64,000 nucleotides of DNA from an uncultured bacterium. GTDB lineage: Bacteria > Omnitrophota > Omnitrophia > Omnitrophales > CAZLUT01. Positions 8,142 through 18,378 of the stretch are shown here, piece after piece. Location of the stretch: assembly GCA_964562805.1 (NCBI GenBank), contig CAZLUT010000002.1, positions 1,172 through 65,171 of the forward strand. Reading direction: 5' to 3'. Both the position numbers and the translations under genes were made by a program. The notes beneath the pieces are model-generated. The model had not been told where the DNA came from. It saw only the letters and a program-made list of their open reading frames with translations, and did no database searches. Positions within the stretch are counted from its first letter, which is position 1. Every line of letters starts with the position of its first letter.

Positions 8142-9974
8142 ATGGGACTAGAGAATATGAGCTACACAGAAGAACAGCATTCCTTAAATATAAAAGAAAT
8201 GTTTTTTGTTTTCTGGCAGCGGAAGTGGTTAATTTTAAATGTTGTAATAATCGCGCTTACCCTTGCTGCAATCTATGCTTATCGTTTACCCGACACATAC
8301 ACGGCTTCAGCAGAGGTTCTTTTGGAAGAAGCGCAGTCCCCCGTTACTAAATCGGACACAGAGGATGTGGCTCATTTGAAGTTTTCTGGGAGGTACCAGG
8401 GATTACATGAAAAACTTCTTGTAAGTCATCCTGTTTTAACAGAGGTTGTTGAGCAGCTAAATCTCCAAAATAAATTTGCTCAATTGTTTAGCGAACAGAC
8501 AGGAAGAACTTTAAAACCGTTGAGCCTTGAGGCTGCTATTCAAAAATTAAAGCAAATGGTAGAAGTAGAATATTCGAAATTGGTCTATATTGTTAGCGCG
8601 ACTACAACTGATCCCTTTTTAGCGGCCACTATCGCCAATACTTTGGTGAAAGTTTATATTAAGCAGTACTTGGAGGGGAGATTGTATTTGTCGAAAGAAG
8701 TGATGGAGCTCTTCCCTGAACAGGCTCAAAGCTTAAAGCGGCATACAGTATCGGAGCAGCTCAAAGACCTTTCAAGAGATGAATTAATTTCAAAATTACC
8801 AACTGTGCAAGCAGACCCATCAGTTAAGGCTTTAGAGCAAAAAAAATATCATCTGGAAAATGAAATAAATAAATTTTCCCAGCGGTACAAAGATAAACAT
8901 CCTAAAATGATTGAGCTAAGAGCCAGCTTGAAATTTCTTAACGAAAGGCTTGAAGCCAGAAAAGGGAGTATCGCTAATAGCTTGAGGGAGAAAATTGTAA
9001 CTAAATTTCAGGCAACAAATGTTAAGGTACTTCGCGAGGCAACAATTCCCAAAGCGCCATCCGGTCCGGATCGAACGCGAGTTATTGTTATAGCCGGTCT
9101 CATAGCTTTGGGCGGGGTCTTGGGGCTGGTATTCTTTCTGAACACGTTGGACGAAAGTGTTAACAGTCAGGATGATATCGAGCGGTTTATCAGGCTTCCT
9201 TTTTTGGGATCGGTACACAAAATTAAGAAAGAAAAATCGCAAGAAAAAAGAACTCTTTACGTGCTTTATGAGCCTATGTCCGAAATAGCTGAAAGCTTTA
9301 AACATTTGAGAATTAATATCAATTTTGCGACGGCACCCGAGCATCGCAGAACTTTGATGGTGACCAGTTCAGTGCCTCAAGAGGGAAAGAGTTTTGTTGC
9401 GGTTAACATGGCCGTTTCAAAAGCTCAAGATGAAAAGAAGGTGCTTTTGGTTGATGCTGACTTAAGACGGCCTAAAATCCATAAATTATTTTCACTGGAA
9501 AACAAGGTTGGGCTAAGTAACGTTTTAACAACCAGCACCCCTTACGAGTCGGTTATTAATAAAACACCACTGCAGTACCTTGATGTTATTACAAGCGGTC
9601 CCGTTTCACCAAATCCGCCCGAAATTTTCAGCTCTCAAGCTATGAAGGATTTCCTAAAAAAAATAGAGGGGAAATATGAGACGATTATTTTTGACACCCC
9701 GCCTGCTTACGGCCTTCCCGATGCTTTGGTTTTGGGGAATCTTATTGATTCTGTTATCTACGTTATTCAAGCTCATAAGACCTCCTATAAACTAATTCGA
9801 AAAACCAAGAATCATTTGATTGATAAAGGGGTAAGAATCGTGGGTACTATTTTAAACTCGCTGGAATCTTCAAAAGATAAATCCTACTATTACGATTACC
9901 AATCATATGGTTATACATACTTCCAAAAAAAAGATAGATCCAAAATCAAAGAAAATCCAACCACATCTAAATAA
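8142..9974 (+). CDS. Wzc-like polysaccharide co-polymerase/tyrosine autokinase (Wzz domain plus BY-kinase)
   Basis: N-terminal TM, Wzz-like periplasmic domain with coiled coil, second TM. C-terminal P-loop SSVPQEGKS, Walker A' VLLVDADLRRP and a Tyr cluster YYYDYQSYGYTYF. Confidence 0.8.
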   Translation: MGLENMSYTEEQHSLNIKEMFFVFWQRKWLILNVVIIALTLAAIYAYRLPDTYTASAEVLLEEAQSPVTKSDTEDVAHLKFSGRYQGLHEKLLVSHPVLTEVVEQLNLQNKFAQLFSEQTGRTLKPLSLEAAIQKLKQMVEVEYSKLVYIVSATTTDPFLAATIANTLVKVYIKQYLEGRLYLSKEVMELFPEQAQSLKRHTVSEQLKDLSRDELISKLPTVQADPSVKALEQKKYHLENEINKFSQRYKDKHPKMIELRASLKFLNERLEARKGSIANSLREKIVTKFQATNVKVLREATIPKAPSGPDRTRVIVIAGLIALGGVLGLVFFLNTLDESVNSQDDIERFIRLPFLGSVHKIKKEKSQEKRTLYVLYEPMSEIAESFKHLRININFATAPEHRRTLMVTSSVPQEGKSFVAVNMAVSKAQDEKKVLLVDADLRRPKIHKLFSLENKVGLSNVLTTSTPYESVINKTPLQYLDVITSGPVSPNPPEIFSSQAMKDFLKKIEGKYETIIFDTPPAYGLPDALVLGNLIDSVIYVIQAHKTSYKLIRKTKNHLIDKGVRIVGTILNSLESSKDKSYYYDYQSYGYTYFQKKDRSKIKENPTTSK

Positions 9975-10089
9975 CCGTTATTTTTTGTATAAATGAGCGT
10001 GTTTTCTTAAAAAGTTTTGTCTGTTTTTAAAAAAAATTATAATCCGTCGCAAAAAAGTTAGTCTGAGTTGATCGAAGGAGGTCTCATTT

Positions 10090-11619
10090 ATGTTTAAGGT
10101 TGCATCACATAAAAATACTGCTCAATTATCCGGGCTAATCATCGTTGGACTTTTCGAAGGGGAGAGTATCCTTCAGTCGCCTGATCGAGCTTTAAAAAAC
10201 CTTTCAGGGTTTCTTTCACAAGTTGTTCGCGAAGAAAAATTTCGGGGTGAATTTAAAAAGACCCTCTTTTTTTACCACAAATTAGGCCAGAAAGTCATTC
10301 AAGTTTTAGTGATGGGCCTTGGGCCTCAATCTCGATTTAAAAAAGAGAATTTTCGCGAAGTGCTTGCGCTGGCTGCCCGGATCGTGAAAGAAAAAAGCGC
10401 AACAAATTTTCAGGTATTCTTAAAGTCTTTTCTCCCAAAAACTCTTTCTTACAGTGAGGCGGGAGAAGCGGCTGCAGAGGCTATTGATTTAGCTCTTTAT
10501 TCCTTTAAGGGTTACCAAAAAATAAAGGTAAAGGTTAAAAAGGGAAGCTCGAGTTTTTCCAACAAGGTAACATTTATTATTCCTGTGTCATCATATGCCA
10601 AAGAAGTGAAAGCGGGAATTGGCAGGGGATTAGCCCTTTCAAGCGGGGTTAAAATAGCCCGGGATCTCATTAATGAACCCGGTAATAAAATGAACCCTCA
10701 GATTTTTTCCACCCAAACAAAAAAGCTTGGGGAAGCCTCTGGTTTCAAAGTTAAGGTTCTTGAGAAGAGTGATCTTATCCGGGAAAAAATGGGCGCTCTC
10801 TTGGCTGTGGGACAAGGCAGCTCTATTCCACCGCGGCTTTTGGTCTTGACCTATGGAGGTCAGAAAAAAGGTGCTCCTATCTGTTTTGTGGGAAAAGGCG
10901 TTACTTTTGATGCTGGCGGCATCTCCCTTAAGCCTTCAAAAGGTATGGATAAGATGAAGTATGATATGGCTGGAGGTGCGGCGGTGGTCGGAATTATGGC
11001 CTCTGCAGCCAAATTAAAACTTCCTGAAAGGCTTATTGGGATCATTCCGTTGGTTGAGAATATGCCCGGAGGCAGCGCTGTGAAACCGGGGGATGTGGTA
11101 ACATCAGCTTCCGGATTAACTATTGAAGTAACCAATACTGATGCTGAAGGCAGAATGATCCTAGCTGATGCACTTCACTATGCTAAAAAGTTCAAGCCAA
11201 AGGCGGTTTATGACTTAGCCACTTTGACAGGAGCTGTGATTGTTGCTCTTGGTTCCAGGTGTATGGCGGCTCTTGGAGATTCCAAGCTTATTGAGACTCT
11301 GAAGGAGGCCGGGAGTACGGTTAATGAGAGGGTATGGGAACTCCCTATGTTTAAGGAGTACGGGGAAGACATTAGAAGCGAGGTGGCTGACCTTCAAAAC
11401 GTTGGACAGGGCGAAGCTGGGACCATTATTGGGGCTAAATTTCTAGAAAAATTTGTTAATAAGGCTTATCCTTGGGTTCATTTGGATATAGCAGGAATGG
11501 CCTGGGCTGAAAAGAGCGTTCCCAGTTATTGTTCAAAAAAAGGCGCCAGGGGAATCGGTGTTAGGCTTTTGATAGAAGTATTGAGGAGACAAAATGGCAA
11601 AAAAGAAAAAAGCAACTAA
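10090..11619 (+). CDS. pepA: Leucyl aminopeptidase (M17 family)
   Basis: M17 signature [25 protein letters not shown], and a GGAGG ribosome-binding site upstream. Confidence 0.85.
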   Translation: MFKVASHKNTAQLSGLIIVGLFEGESILQSPDRALKNLSGFLSQVVREEKFRGEFKKTLFFYHKLGQKVIQVLVMGLGPQSRFKKENFREVLALAARIVKEKSATNFQVFLKSFLPKTLSYSEAGEAAAEAIDLALYSFKGYQKIKVKVKKGSSSFSNKVTFIIPVSSYAKEVKAGIGRGLALSSGVKIARDLINEPGNKMNPQIFSTQTKKLGEASGFKVKVLEKSDLIREKMGALLAVGQGSSIPPRLLVLTYGGQKKGAPICFVGKGVTFDAGGISLKPSKGMDKMKYDMAGGAAVVGIMASAAKLKLPERLIGIIPLVENMPGGSAVKPGDVVTSASGLTIEVTNTDAEGRMILADALHYAKKFKPKAVYDLATLTGAVIVALGSRCMAALGDSKLIETLKEAGSTVNERVWELPMFKEYGEDIRSEVADLQNVGQGEAGTIIGAKFLEKFVNKAYPWVHLDIAGMAWAEKSVPSYCSKKGARGIGVRLLIEVLRRQNGKKEKSN

Positions 11620-12181
11620 ATTAACTCAAAAAAAATCAATCGCCCCTCATATTAAAAGCGTTTTGGAGCTGATAGGTGAGGATCCAAAACGGCATGGCCT
11701 CGAGAAAACTCCTATGCGTGTTGAGGAGTCATTTAAATTTTTGACAAGCGGTTACCGCCATAGCGTTAACGAAGTGCTGAATGACGCGATTTTTAACGAA
11801 AATTATGATGAGATGGTGGTTATTCGTGATATCGAAATTTTTAGTCTTTGCGAGCATCATCTTTTGCCCTTTTATGGAAAATGCCATGTTGCTTATATTC
11901 CGGATGGCAAGGTAGTGGGTTTAAGTAAAATTCCGCGCCTTGTAGATATGTTTGCAAGACGTCTTCAGGTCCAAGAGAGACTGACGACCCAGATTGCGGA
12001 TTGTCTTATGGAAAAACTAACTCCTAAGGGAGTTGCAGTCGTTATTGAAGCCTCTCATCTTTGTATGATTATGAGAGGAGTTGAAAAACAGAACTCCGTT
12101 TGTGTTACGAGCTCAATGCAAGGTGTCTTCAGGGAAGATGAAAGAACGAGACGCGAATTTTTGAGTTTGATACATAAATAG
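11594..12181 (+). CDS. folE: GTP cyclohydrolase I
   Basis: Motifs [28 protein letters not shown] and QVQERLT. Size 195 aa. Confidence 0.9.
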   Translation: MAKKKKATKLTQKKSIAPHIKSVLELIGEDPKRHGLEKTPMRVEESFKFLTSGYRHSVNEVLNDAIFNENYDEMVVIRDIEIFSLCEHHLLPFYGKCHVAYIPDGKVVGLSKIPRLVDMFARRLQVQERLTTQIADCLMEKLTPKGVAVVIEASHLCMIMRGVEKQNSVCVTSSMQGVFREDERTRREFLSLIHK

Positions 12182-12210
12182 CAAGATCTGAAATAGGGAA
12201 TGTAGTAAAT

Positions 12211-12594
12211 ATGGATAATCCAACTAATAAGCGATCAAACGTCCGAATGCTATTTCAAAATCAACTCGAATTTAAAATTTGTTCAATCAATCTCGTCTCA
12301 GAGCTTCATTTGGCAAGTTCGCGAAATATATCACAATCAGGGATGTGTTTTCGGGCCGCCTCGGCGCCCCCTTTGGGAAGTATTATTAAAATTCAGACGG
12401 ATCTTGAAACGCTAGCAAAATGTATTCAAATTGAAAACATGCTATTTGAACTAAAAGGGTGTGTTTTAGGAAAAGTTATTTGGGCTTCACCTGCCAAGGA
12501 AGACGCGTCTCTAACAGATGTGGGAGTAGTCTTTATTAAAACCGGCGAAATAGAAGTCCCCGATGTAAAGGAAGCAGTTTCTTTGGTTGCTTAA
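12211..12594 (+). CDS. Stand-alone PilZ-domain protein (putative c-di-GMP receptor)
   Basis: RxxxR motif KRSNVR and (D/N)xSxxG motif NISQSG with typical spacing. Size 127 aa. Confidence 0.55.
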   Translation: MDNPTNKRSNVRMLFQNQLEFKICSINLVSELHLASSRNISQSGMCFRAASAPPLGSIIKIQTDLETLAKCIQIENMLFELKGCVLGKVIWASPAKEDASLTDVGVVFIKTGEIEVPDVKEAVSLVA

Positions 12595-12600
12595 TTTTCA

Positions 12601-13089
12601 ATGGCTAAAAAAATTAAAAAAACCTTACTTTTTATTCTGATACTGTCTCTGCTCCTTATCGGCTCGCCTTTATCCGGATTTTGCCAGCAAGAAGTCGCAG
12701 TGCCCGATCGGTTGGGTGTTGATTCAAATGGTAAGGAGTTTTTTTTAAAAGACAATGTGGGGAAAGATAATTTATATTTGGTATTCTGGGCTACCTGGTG
12801 TCCCTCATGCATTCAAGCTATTCCGTCGCTAGTTGATACCTATAAAAATATTAAAGATGTTAAGTTGGTTGCCATCAATCCCGGTTTCAACGATTCTATT
12901 AAAAACACAAGGAAATATGTCGATCGTTATCAAATACCATATCTGACCCTACATGATGAAACAGGATTAAGTGCGCAGGCTTTCGGTGTTTATGGAATAC
13001 CGACTGCTGTATTAATCAATAAAAAAGGCGAAGTAGTTTATATGGGTTTTCCGCTTCCGGCCGACAGAATTCCTGAACTTCTCGATTGA
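12601..13089 (+). CDS. Periplasmic thiol:disulfide oxidoreductase (TlpA/ResA thioredoxin-like)
   Basis: Signal peptide. WATWCPSC CxxC active site in a thioredoxin fold context. Confidence 0.75.
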   Translation: MAKKIKKTLLFILILSLLLIGSPLSGFCQQEVAVPDRLGVDSNGKEFFLKDNVGKDNLYLVFWATWCPSCIQAIPSLVDTYKNIKDVKLVAINPGFNDSIKNTRKYVDRYQIPYLTLHDETGLSAQAFGVYGIPTAVLINKKGEVVYMGFPLPADRIPELLD

Positions 13090-13125
13090 AACATTTGATT
13101 TTTTCTTCTTATTAAGGCTACCATA

Positions 13126-15570
13126 ATGGCCAATATGACAAGCAAAGCTTCCCGACAATCTTTAAAAGAAGTTTTTTGGATTTCCGTAGGCCTGGCTGCC
13201 TTGCTCCTATTTTGGTTTTGGGATTTATTTACCCTGAAATTTGGATTCATTTCAGGCGATCACAAGGTTCAGCATTATCCCTGGATGTCCTATTTATATT
13301 CAGAACTTCACCAGGGAAGATTTCCTCTCTGGACTGATTTAATCGGCTGCGGATTCCCAATATTTGCTGAAGGCCAGATCGCGGCACTCTATCCGATCAA
13401 CCTTATTATTTATGGATTACTGCCTATCTCGTTTGAGGCTGCCTACAACTATTCCACAATACTTCACTATTGGATAGGTGGGATATTTTTCTACATATTT
13501 TGCCGACATATCTTAATTTCCCGTTTTGGCAGCTTTATTGCAACCACAATTTATCTTTTTGGTTCCACTCAGGGCGGGTATTTTTATAACATGAATTCCC
13601 AGAAGACCTGCATTTGGTTTCCTCTTGTTTTATTTCTAATGGAACGGGCTCTAAAGACTCGGAATCTAATTTATCTCTTATGGATAGGCGTTATTTTTGG
13701 CATTCAGATAAATGCCGGCTATCTACAAATCGCTTTTTACTGTTTAGTTTTTTCCTTCCTCTATTATTTTTTTAGATTGGTATTTTTTGAAAAAGACGAA
13801 GGGAGCTGGGGAAAGCGATTTTTTATTTTTATAAAACATTCACTTCTTATGGGTGTTATTGGTATTTTGATTGGACTGCCTCAAATATTGGCTACAGGGG
13901 AATTGAGCCAATTTTCAAGCCGGGTGAATTTACCGGAGAGTTTTGCGTATGTCGGGTCCCTGCCCCCGCAAGGCATCTTAACGCTTCTATTTCCATTTTT
14001 GGATCCTTATCTGGGACAAGAAATGTACGTGGGTATTTTCGGTATTTTACTTCTATCTGCGGCGTGGTTTTGGCGCAAAGAGTGGTCCAAACAGCTGTGG
14101 GCTATGTTCTGGTTGGGTCTTTTTGCTTTTCTAATCGCCTTAGGTCAATTCAGCCCTCTTTACGTAGGTATAATCAAGCTAACGCATTTTTACGGGTTCA
14201 GAGTTCCGGCCAAAGTTGTCTATTTTTTAGTTTTTGCATTTGCTGTTTTTTCTGGGTGGGGACTAAGTAAACTGCTTACTTCGCAATCCGAAAAAGAAAC
14301 CAAAAGGGCGATTGTATTTTTTGCCGCGCTGATGCTTATCGGTATGACGGCAGGATTATTTGCCGAAATGATGATTCGTTTTTTTATGCCGGTTATGAAG
14401 CAGACAGGCAGCTGGATTTTAGAGAAATATTATGTGGGCAGTCCCTTACATCCGCATTCTCTCGATCTCTATCTTGATAAATTGGACAGCTATTTAGCCG
14501 GTCTAACTCAAATGGTTTCGGTTCGGGAAAGTTTTTGGATGAAAGTTTGGATCTTTTTGCTGGCCGGCAATTTAGCTATTGGGATACTTTTATTGACAGT
14601 TCCGGCAAGAGTTAAAAAATTTATTCTTATCTTTGGCGTATTGGTGTTGGCTTTGGATCTGTATGGTTATACTTTTGTAAACAATATCAAGCCTGGGTGG
14701 GAAGCGTACGACAGTTATTTGAGCCCGGGTAAGCCATTTTTAAATTATTTAGATCAAGACAGGTCTCAATATAGGGTTTACGAATATTACACTGATTTGT
14801 CACAGGATGATTCTTTTCCGCTAATGTATAACTCAAATATGGACCATGGAATCAGCGACATCGGCGTATACGCGCCTTTTGCTTTATTGGAGCACAGAAA
14901 TTTTTATTTAGGGCTTGGTGCCAGCAACAATTCGCTTGATGTCAGCCTTGCGGCGCCAGAACAGTTCTCATCACTTAAGCCGCTTTTGGATGTTTCAAAT
15001 GTAAAATACCTGATAGGTCAGGAAATACCGAGCAATGCTACCGGTTGGAAAAAGGTGTTGGATTCAGCCGGGTATAGTCTCTATCAAAACAAGGAAGTCC
15101 TTCCTCGTACTTTTTGGCTGCCATTAGGCAATACGGTGGTGGTCCAAGATTTCGACCGGTTTGTCCGCGAAAGCTCCTTTAACCCCTCGCGGGAAATTAT
15201 TTTTGAAAGAGAAGAACTGAAAGGGTTTAATTTTGCGAAAAAAGAGAATAGAGGCAAATCTTATCAAGCGGTGATTCTTAATGAGATAGACTCTCATCAA
15301 ATTCAAATAAAAACTCATTTTCAAGAAAGCGGGTGGCTATTTTTAAGTGATATTTTTTATCCAGGCTGGGAAGCCACTATTGACGGAAAAAAAACCCGAA
15401 TTTTTAAAGCGAATGGTATTTTTAGAACAGTTTTGGTTCCAATGGGGGCGCATACAATGGAATTTGTATATAAACCGTTTTACAAAAAATGGCTAAACCT
15501 TCCTTTTGTTTGTGCAGGGCTTATCTTTTTAATCTCAATAGTTATTGGGCTGAAGCGGATAAAGCGATGA
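13126..15570 (+). CDS. YfhO-family polytopic membrane protein (GT-C-like glycosyltransferase, as for teichoic-acid glycosylation)
   Basis: 814 aa, many TM helices. YfhO-type N-terminal motif GDHKVQHYPWMSYLYSELHQGRFPLWTDLIGCGFPIFAEGQIAALYP. Confidence 0.65.
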   Translation: MANMTSKASRQSLKEVFWISVGLAALLLFWFWDLFTLKFGFISGDHKVQHYPWMSYLYSELHQGRFPLWTDLIGCGFPIFAEGQIAALYPINLIIYGLLPISFEAAYNYSTILHYWIGGIFFYIFCRHILISRFGSFIATTIYLFGSTQGGYFYNMNSQKTCIWFPLVLFLMERALKTRNLIYLLWIGVIFGIQINAGYLQIAFYCLVFSFLYYFFRLVFFEKDEGSWGKRFFIFIKHSLLMGVIGILIGLPQILATGELSQFSSRVNLPESFAYVGSLPPQGILTLLFPFLDPYLGQEMYVGIFGILLLSAAWFWRKEWSKQLWAMFWLGLFAFLIALGQFSPLYVGIIKLTHFYGFRVPAKVVYFLVFAFAVFSGWGLSKLLTSQSEKETKRAIVFFAALMLIGMTAGLFAEMMIRFFMPVMKQTGSWILEKYYVGSPLHPHSLDLYLDKLDSYLAGLTQMVSVRESFWMKVWIFLLAGNLAIGILLLTVPARVKKFILIFGVLVLALDLYGYTFVNNIKPGWEAYDSYLSPGKPFLNYLDQDRSQYRVYEYYTDLSQDDSFPLMYNSNMDHGISDIGVYAPFALLEHRNFYLGLGASNNSLDVSLAAPEQFSSLKPLLDVSNVKYLIGQEIPSNATGWKKVLDSAGYSLYQNKEVLPRTFWLPLGNTVVVQDFDRFVRESSFNPSREIIFEREELKGFNFAKKENRGKSYQAVILNEIDSHQIQIKTHFQESGWLFLSDIFYPGWEATIDGKKTRIFKANGIFRTVLVPMGAHTMEFVYKPFYKKWLNLPFVCAGLIFLISIVIGLKRIKR

Positions 15571-16481
15571 TACCCGAACTTTTAAAGCCCCATTTCAAAC
15601 AAATAAAAATGTGTCCATTGTGCGCTTCCCAAGAATTTAAAAAGACGTTTGAAGTGAAAGGTTTAAAAATTTCTAAGTGCAGTCAGTGTGGTTTTCGCTT
15701 CATGAATCCTTGTTTGAATGACGAAGGGATGGGTCTTTTGTATAAAAATTCAAAGATTCTAATAGAGACAAATCCGGCGCTTGAATCTTATTACGAATAT
15801 GGGGTCGGGAATATGAAAAGTAAAACGTATCAAGATTATGTTAAAGTTTTATCGCTCCTTGAGAGAGTTTATCCGGTCAGCGAAAAACCGAAGCTTTTTG
15901 AAATTGGATATGGATCAGGAGCCTTTTTAAAAGAAGCGCGTGAGAGGGGATGGCAGGTGGACGGCACGGATACAAGCGAGGATAATTTTCGACTGCTAAC
16001 GAATGAAGGTGTAACAGTTCAATTGGGATCATTTGACGATTTTGAGGTTTCGAGCAACAAATACCAGGCAGTCGCCCTCTGGGATGTTATCGAACATACA
16101 ATTAGTCCAAAAGATTTTATCCGAAAAGCTTACGAAATGCTTGTCCCGGGCGGATTGCTTGTGATCGTAACTCCTAATGTTTCAGGACTTTTAAATAAAG
16201 TTTCAGAATTTTTGTATTTTGTATCTTTCAGAAAAATTAAATTTGGAATTAATCAACTATATTGCTTAGAGCATGTTGGCTATTTTAACCAAAAAAACCT
16301 AAAAAAATTGGTAGAAGATGAAGGTTTTTTATTTGAGAAAGCGCTTTTGACTGAAACAGACCTCGAACGGTATCATTTTTCACCAATTGTAAAATTTTGT
16401 CTTAAAATATTTTTTATTGCTGCCCGAATTGTTAGCATGGCTAACCGTATTGTTGTGGTTGCCAAAAAATCTGAAAAATAG
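15567..16481 (+). CDS. Class I SAM-dependent methyltransferase with an N-terminal Cys4 zinc ribbon
   Basis: CPLCAS...CSQCGF ribbon. MTase motif I LFEIGYGSGAFL and motif LWDVIEH. Start chosen at the ATGA overlap with the upstream gene; the track's longer start at 15489 overlaps it by 82 nt. Confidence 0.7.
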   Translation: MIPELLKPHFKQIKMCPLCASQEFKKTFEVKGLKISKCSQCGFRFMNPCLNDEGMGLLYKNSKILIETNPALESYYEYGVGNMKSKTYQDYVKVLSLLERVYPVSEKPKLFEIGYGSGAFLKEARERGWQVDGTDTSEDNFRLLTNEGVTVQLGSFDDFEVSSNKYQAVALWDVIEHTISPKDFIRKAYEMLVPGGLLVIVTPNVSGLLNKVSEFLYFVSFRKIKFGINQLYCLEHVGYFNQKNLKKLVEDEGFLFEKALLTETDLERYHFSPIVKFCLKIFFIAARIVSMANRIVVVAKKSEK

Positions 16482-16544
16482 TCCACAATCGTTTGGTGAT
16501 AGCTATAAATTTAAGTGTCTATAAGGTTTGGATTTGTTTATAAT

Positions 16545-16573
16545 GCCGCTTGCAAAAGCGGCATTTTGATTTT
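16545..16573 (+). terminator. Rho-independent terminator-like hairpin GCCGCTT-GCAA-AAGCGGC followed by ATTTTGATTTT
   Basis: 7-bp GC-rich stem, tetraloop and T-rich tail, located 60 bp downstream of the methyltransferase stop. Confidence 0.5.
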
Positions 16574-16629
16574 AGGCTGCGTTATTTTAAGCATTATTAA
16601 GCTGGAAGTAGTAATCAAGAAAGGTGATC

Positions 16630-17604
16630 ATGAAAAAAAGAGCCCTTATTACAGGTATTACTGGTCAAGACGGTTCATATTTAGCTGAACTTTTGCTCGA
16701 AAAAGGATATGAGGTTCATGGAATTATTAGAAGAGTTGCGCTCGAAGATCCTCAGCACAGATTGTGGCGGCTTCAGCACATATTAAATAAGATTTCTTTG
16801 CATTCAGGCACATTGGAAAATTACGCCGCTTTATTTAAAGTCGTGCAAGCAGTTAAGCCGGACGAAGTGTATCATTTAGGAGCTCAAAGTTATGTTGGGT
16901 ATTCTTTTGATGATGAGTTTTCAACGATCAGCACCAATATCAACGGCACTCATTACATATTATCAGCCGTAAAAGAAATGGCGCCAAAATGTAAATTGTA
17001 TTTTGCAGCCTCCAGCGAAATTTTTGGAAAAGTAAAACAAACTCCGCAAACTGAAGAAACCCCGTTTCACCCGAGGTCTCCTTACGGTATTTCTAAATCG
17101 GCTGGCTTTGAATTAACGCGAAATTATCGTGAGGCTTATGGAGTGTTCGCTTGTAGCGGAATCTTGTTTAACCACGAATCTCCCCGGAGAGGGTTTGAAT
17201 TTGTGACTCGAAAAATTTCAACCGGTGTTGCTGAAATCAAATTGGGATTACGAAAAAAAATTAAATTAGGTAACTTGGAAGCATCGAGAGATTGGGGGCA
17301 TGCAAAAGAGTATGTGAAAGCCATGTGGCAAATGTTGCAACAGAAAGAACCGGACGATTATGTTATTGCGACAGGGGAAACGCATACAGTTAAGCAGTTT
17401 TTGGAGTGTGCGTTTGAACATGTGGGTTTAAATTCTAAGGACCATGTTGAGATTGATCCTGAGTTGATACGGCCAGCCGAAGTTAATCTGCTGTTAGGAG
17501 ACGCTTCGAAAGCTAAGAAGAAGTTGGGGTGGAAGTACGAATGTACTTTTGAAGATTTGGTGAAAGAAATGGTGGATGCTGATATAGCTAGACTGAAAGC
17601 ATAG
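16630..17604 (+). CDS. gmd: GDP-mannose 4,6-dehydratase
   Basis: RALITGITGQDGSYLAELLLEKGYEVHGI N-terminus. Catalytic motifs YxxxK (YGISKSAG) and LFNHESPRRG. ATG at 16630 preferred over GTG at 16624. Confidence 0.85.
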   Translation: MKKRALITGITGQDGSYLAELLLEKGYEVHGIIRRVALEDPQHRLWRLQHILNKISLHSGTLENYAALFKVVQAVKPDEVYHLGAQSYVGYSFDDEFSTISTNINGTHYILSAVKEMAPKCKLYFAASSEIFGKVKQTPQTEETPFHPRSPYGISKSAGFELTRNYREAYGVFACSGILFNHESPRRGFEFVTRKISTGVAEIKLGLRKKIKLGNLEASRDWGHAKEYVKAMWQMLQQKEPDDYVIATGETHTVKQFLECAFEHVGLNSKDHVEIDPELIRPAEVNLLLGDASKAKKKLGWKYECTFEDLVKEMVDADIARLKA

Positions 17605-17619
17605 TATTTTCTTAAATCC

Positions 17620-18378
17620 ATGAAAACGATTCTTATTATTCCGACTTATAATGAACGGAAAAATATTGAAGAACTGCTGAAAACTATCTGGGAGCATACA
17701 AAAGAATGTCCCGTGGAGGTTTTGGTGATTGATAGTGCCTCGCCAGATGGAACCGGTAAATTTTTAGATGAACTTAAAAGTAAAGATAAGAGAGTTCACG
17801 TTCTCCATCAAAGGAAGAAGCTTGGATTAGGACGGGCTTATATTGACGGTTTTCAGTGGGCTATTGGCCGGCGTAACGAATATCAGTATGTTTTTACGAT
17901 GGATGCGGACTTTTCGCATCATCCTCAGTATTTGAAATCTATGATCGAAGCTCTTAAGCAGTACGATTTGGTTATTGGATCCCGTTATGTAAAAGGCGGA
18001 GGTCTTTTGAATTGGCCTATAGTAAGGCGTTTTTTGAGTGCTTTTGCAAATTTTTATGCAAAAACAATCATTCAGCTGCCACTAAATGATGTAACCGCTG
18101 GATTTCATGGTTTTAGAATAGAGTTGCTTTCAAAAGTAATGAATTACGGTATTCAGGCGGATGGATATGCTTTTTTAATGGAACTAAAATTATTTTCTAT
18201 TTTTGAAGGAGCCCGTATCCATGAGCATCCCATTATTTTTAATGATCGTACTGAGGGCGATTCTAAGATTTCCAAACGGGTCATCTTCGAATCTATCTGT
18301 CTTACTTGGTGGCTCGGCCTTAAGCATTTAAACCGGCGTCTATTTCACAAAAAAAGCAAACCAATTAACCGTTCATAA
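17620..18378 (+). CDS. GT2 glycosyltransferase, polyprenol-phosphate sugar synthase-like (DPM1/ArnC-like)
   Basis: ILIIPTYNERKNIEEL, VLVIDSASPDGT and the DAD motif FTMDADFSHHP. Soluble, 252 aa. Confidence 0.75.
   Translation: MKTILIIPTYNERKNIEELLKTIWEHTKECPVEVLVIDSASPDGTGKFLDELKSKDKRVHVLHQRKKLGLGRAYIDGFQWAIGRRNEYQYVFTMDADFSHHPQYLKSMIEALKQYDLVIGSRYVKGGGLLNWPIVRRFLSAFANFYAKTIIQLPLNDVTAGFHGFRIELLSKVMNYGIQADGYAFLMELKLFSIFEGARIHEHPIIFNDRTEGDSKISKRVIFESICLTWWLGLKHLNRRLFHKKSKPINRS

Noticed and set aside
8916-9344. 142-aa minus-strand ORF inside wzc, and similar short antisense ORFs (10860-11135, 22403-22837, 23165-23422, 36003-36221, 45977-46186, 48202-48438, 52765-53097, 63477-63752)
   Set aside because: All are embedded in the opposite strand of confidently assigned genes and lack motifs or start contexts. 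They are treated as spurious.
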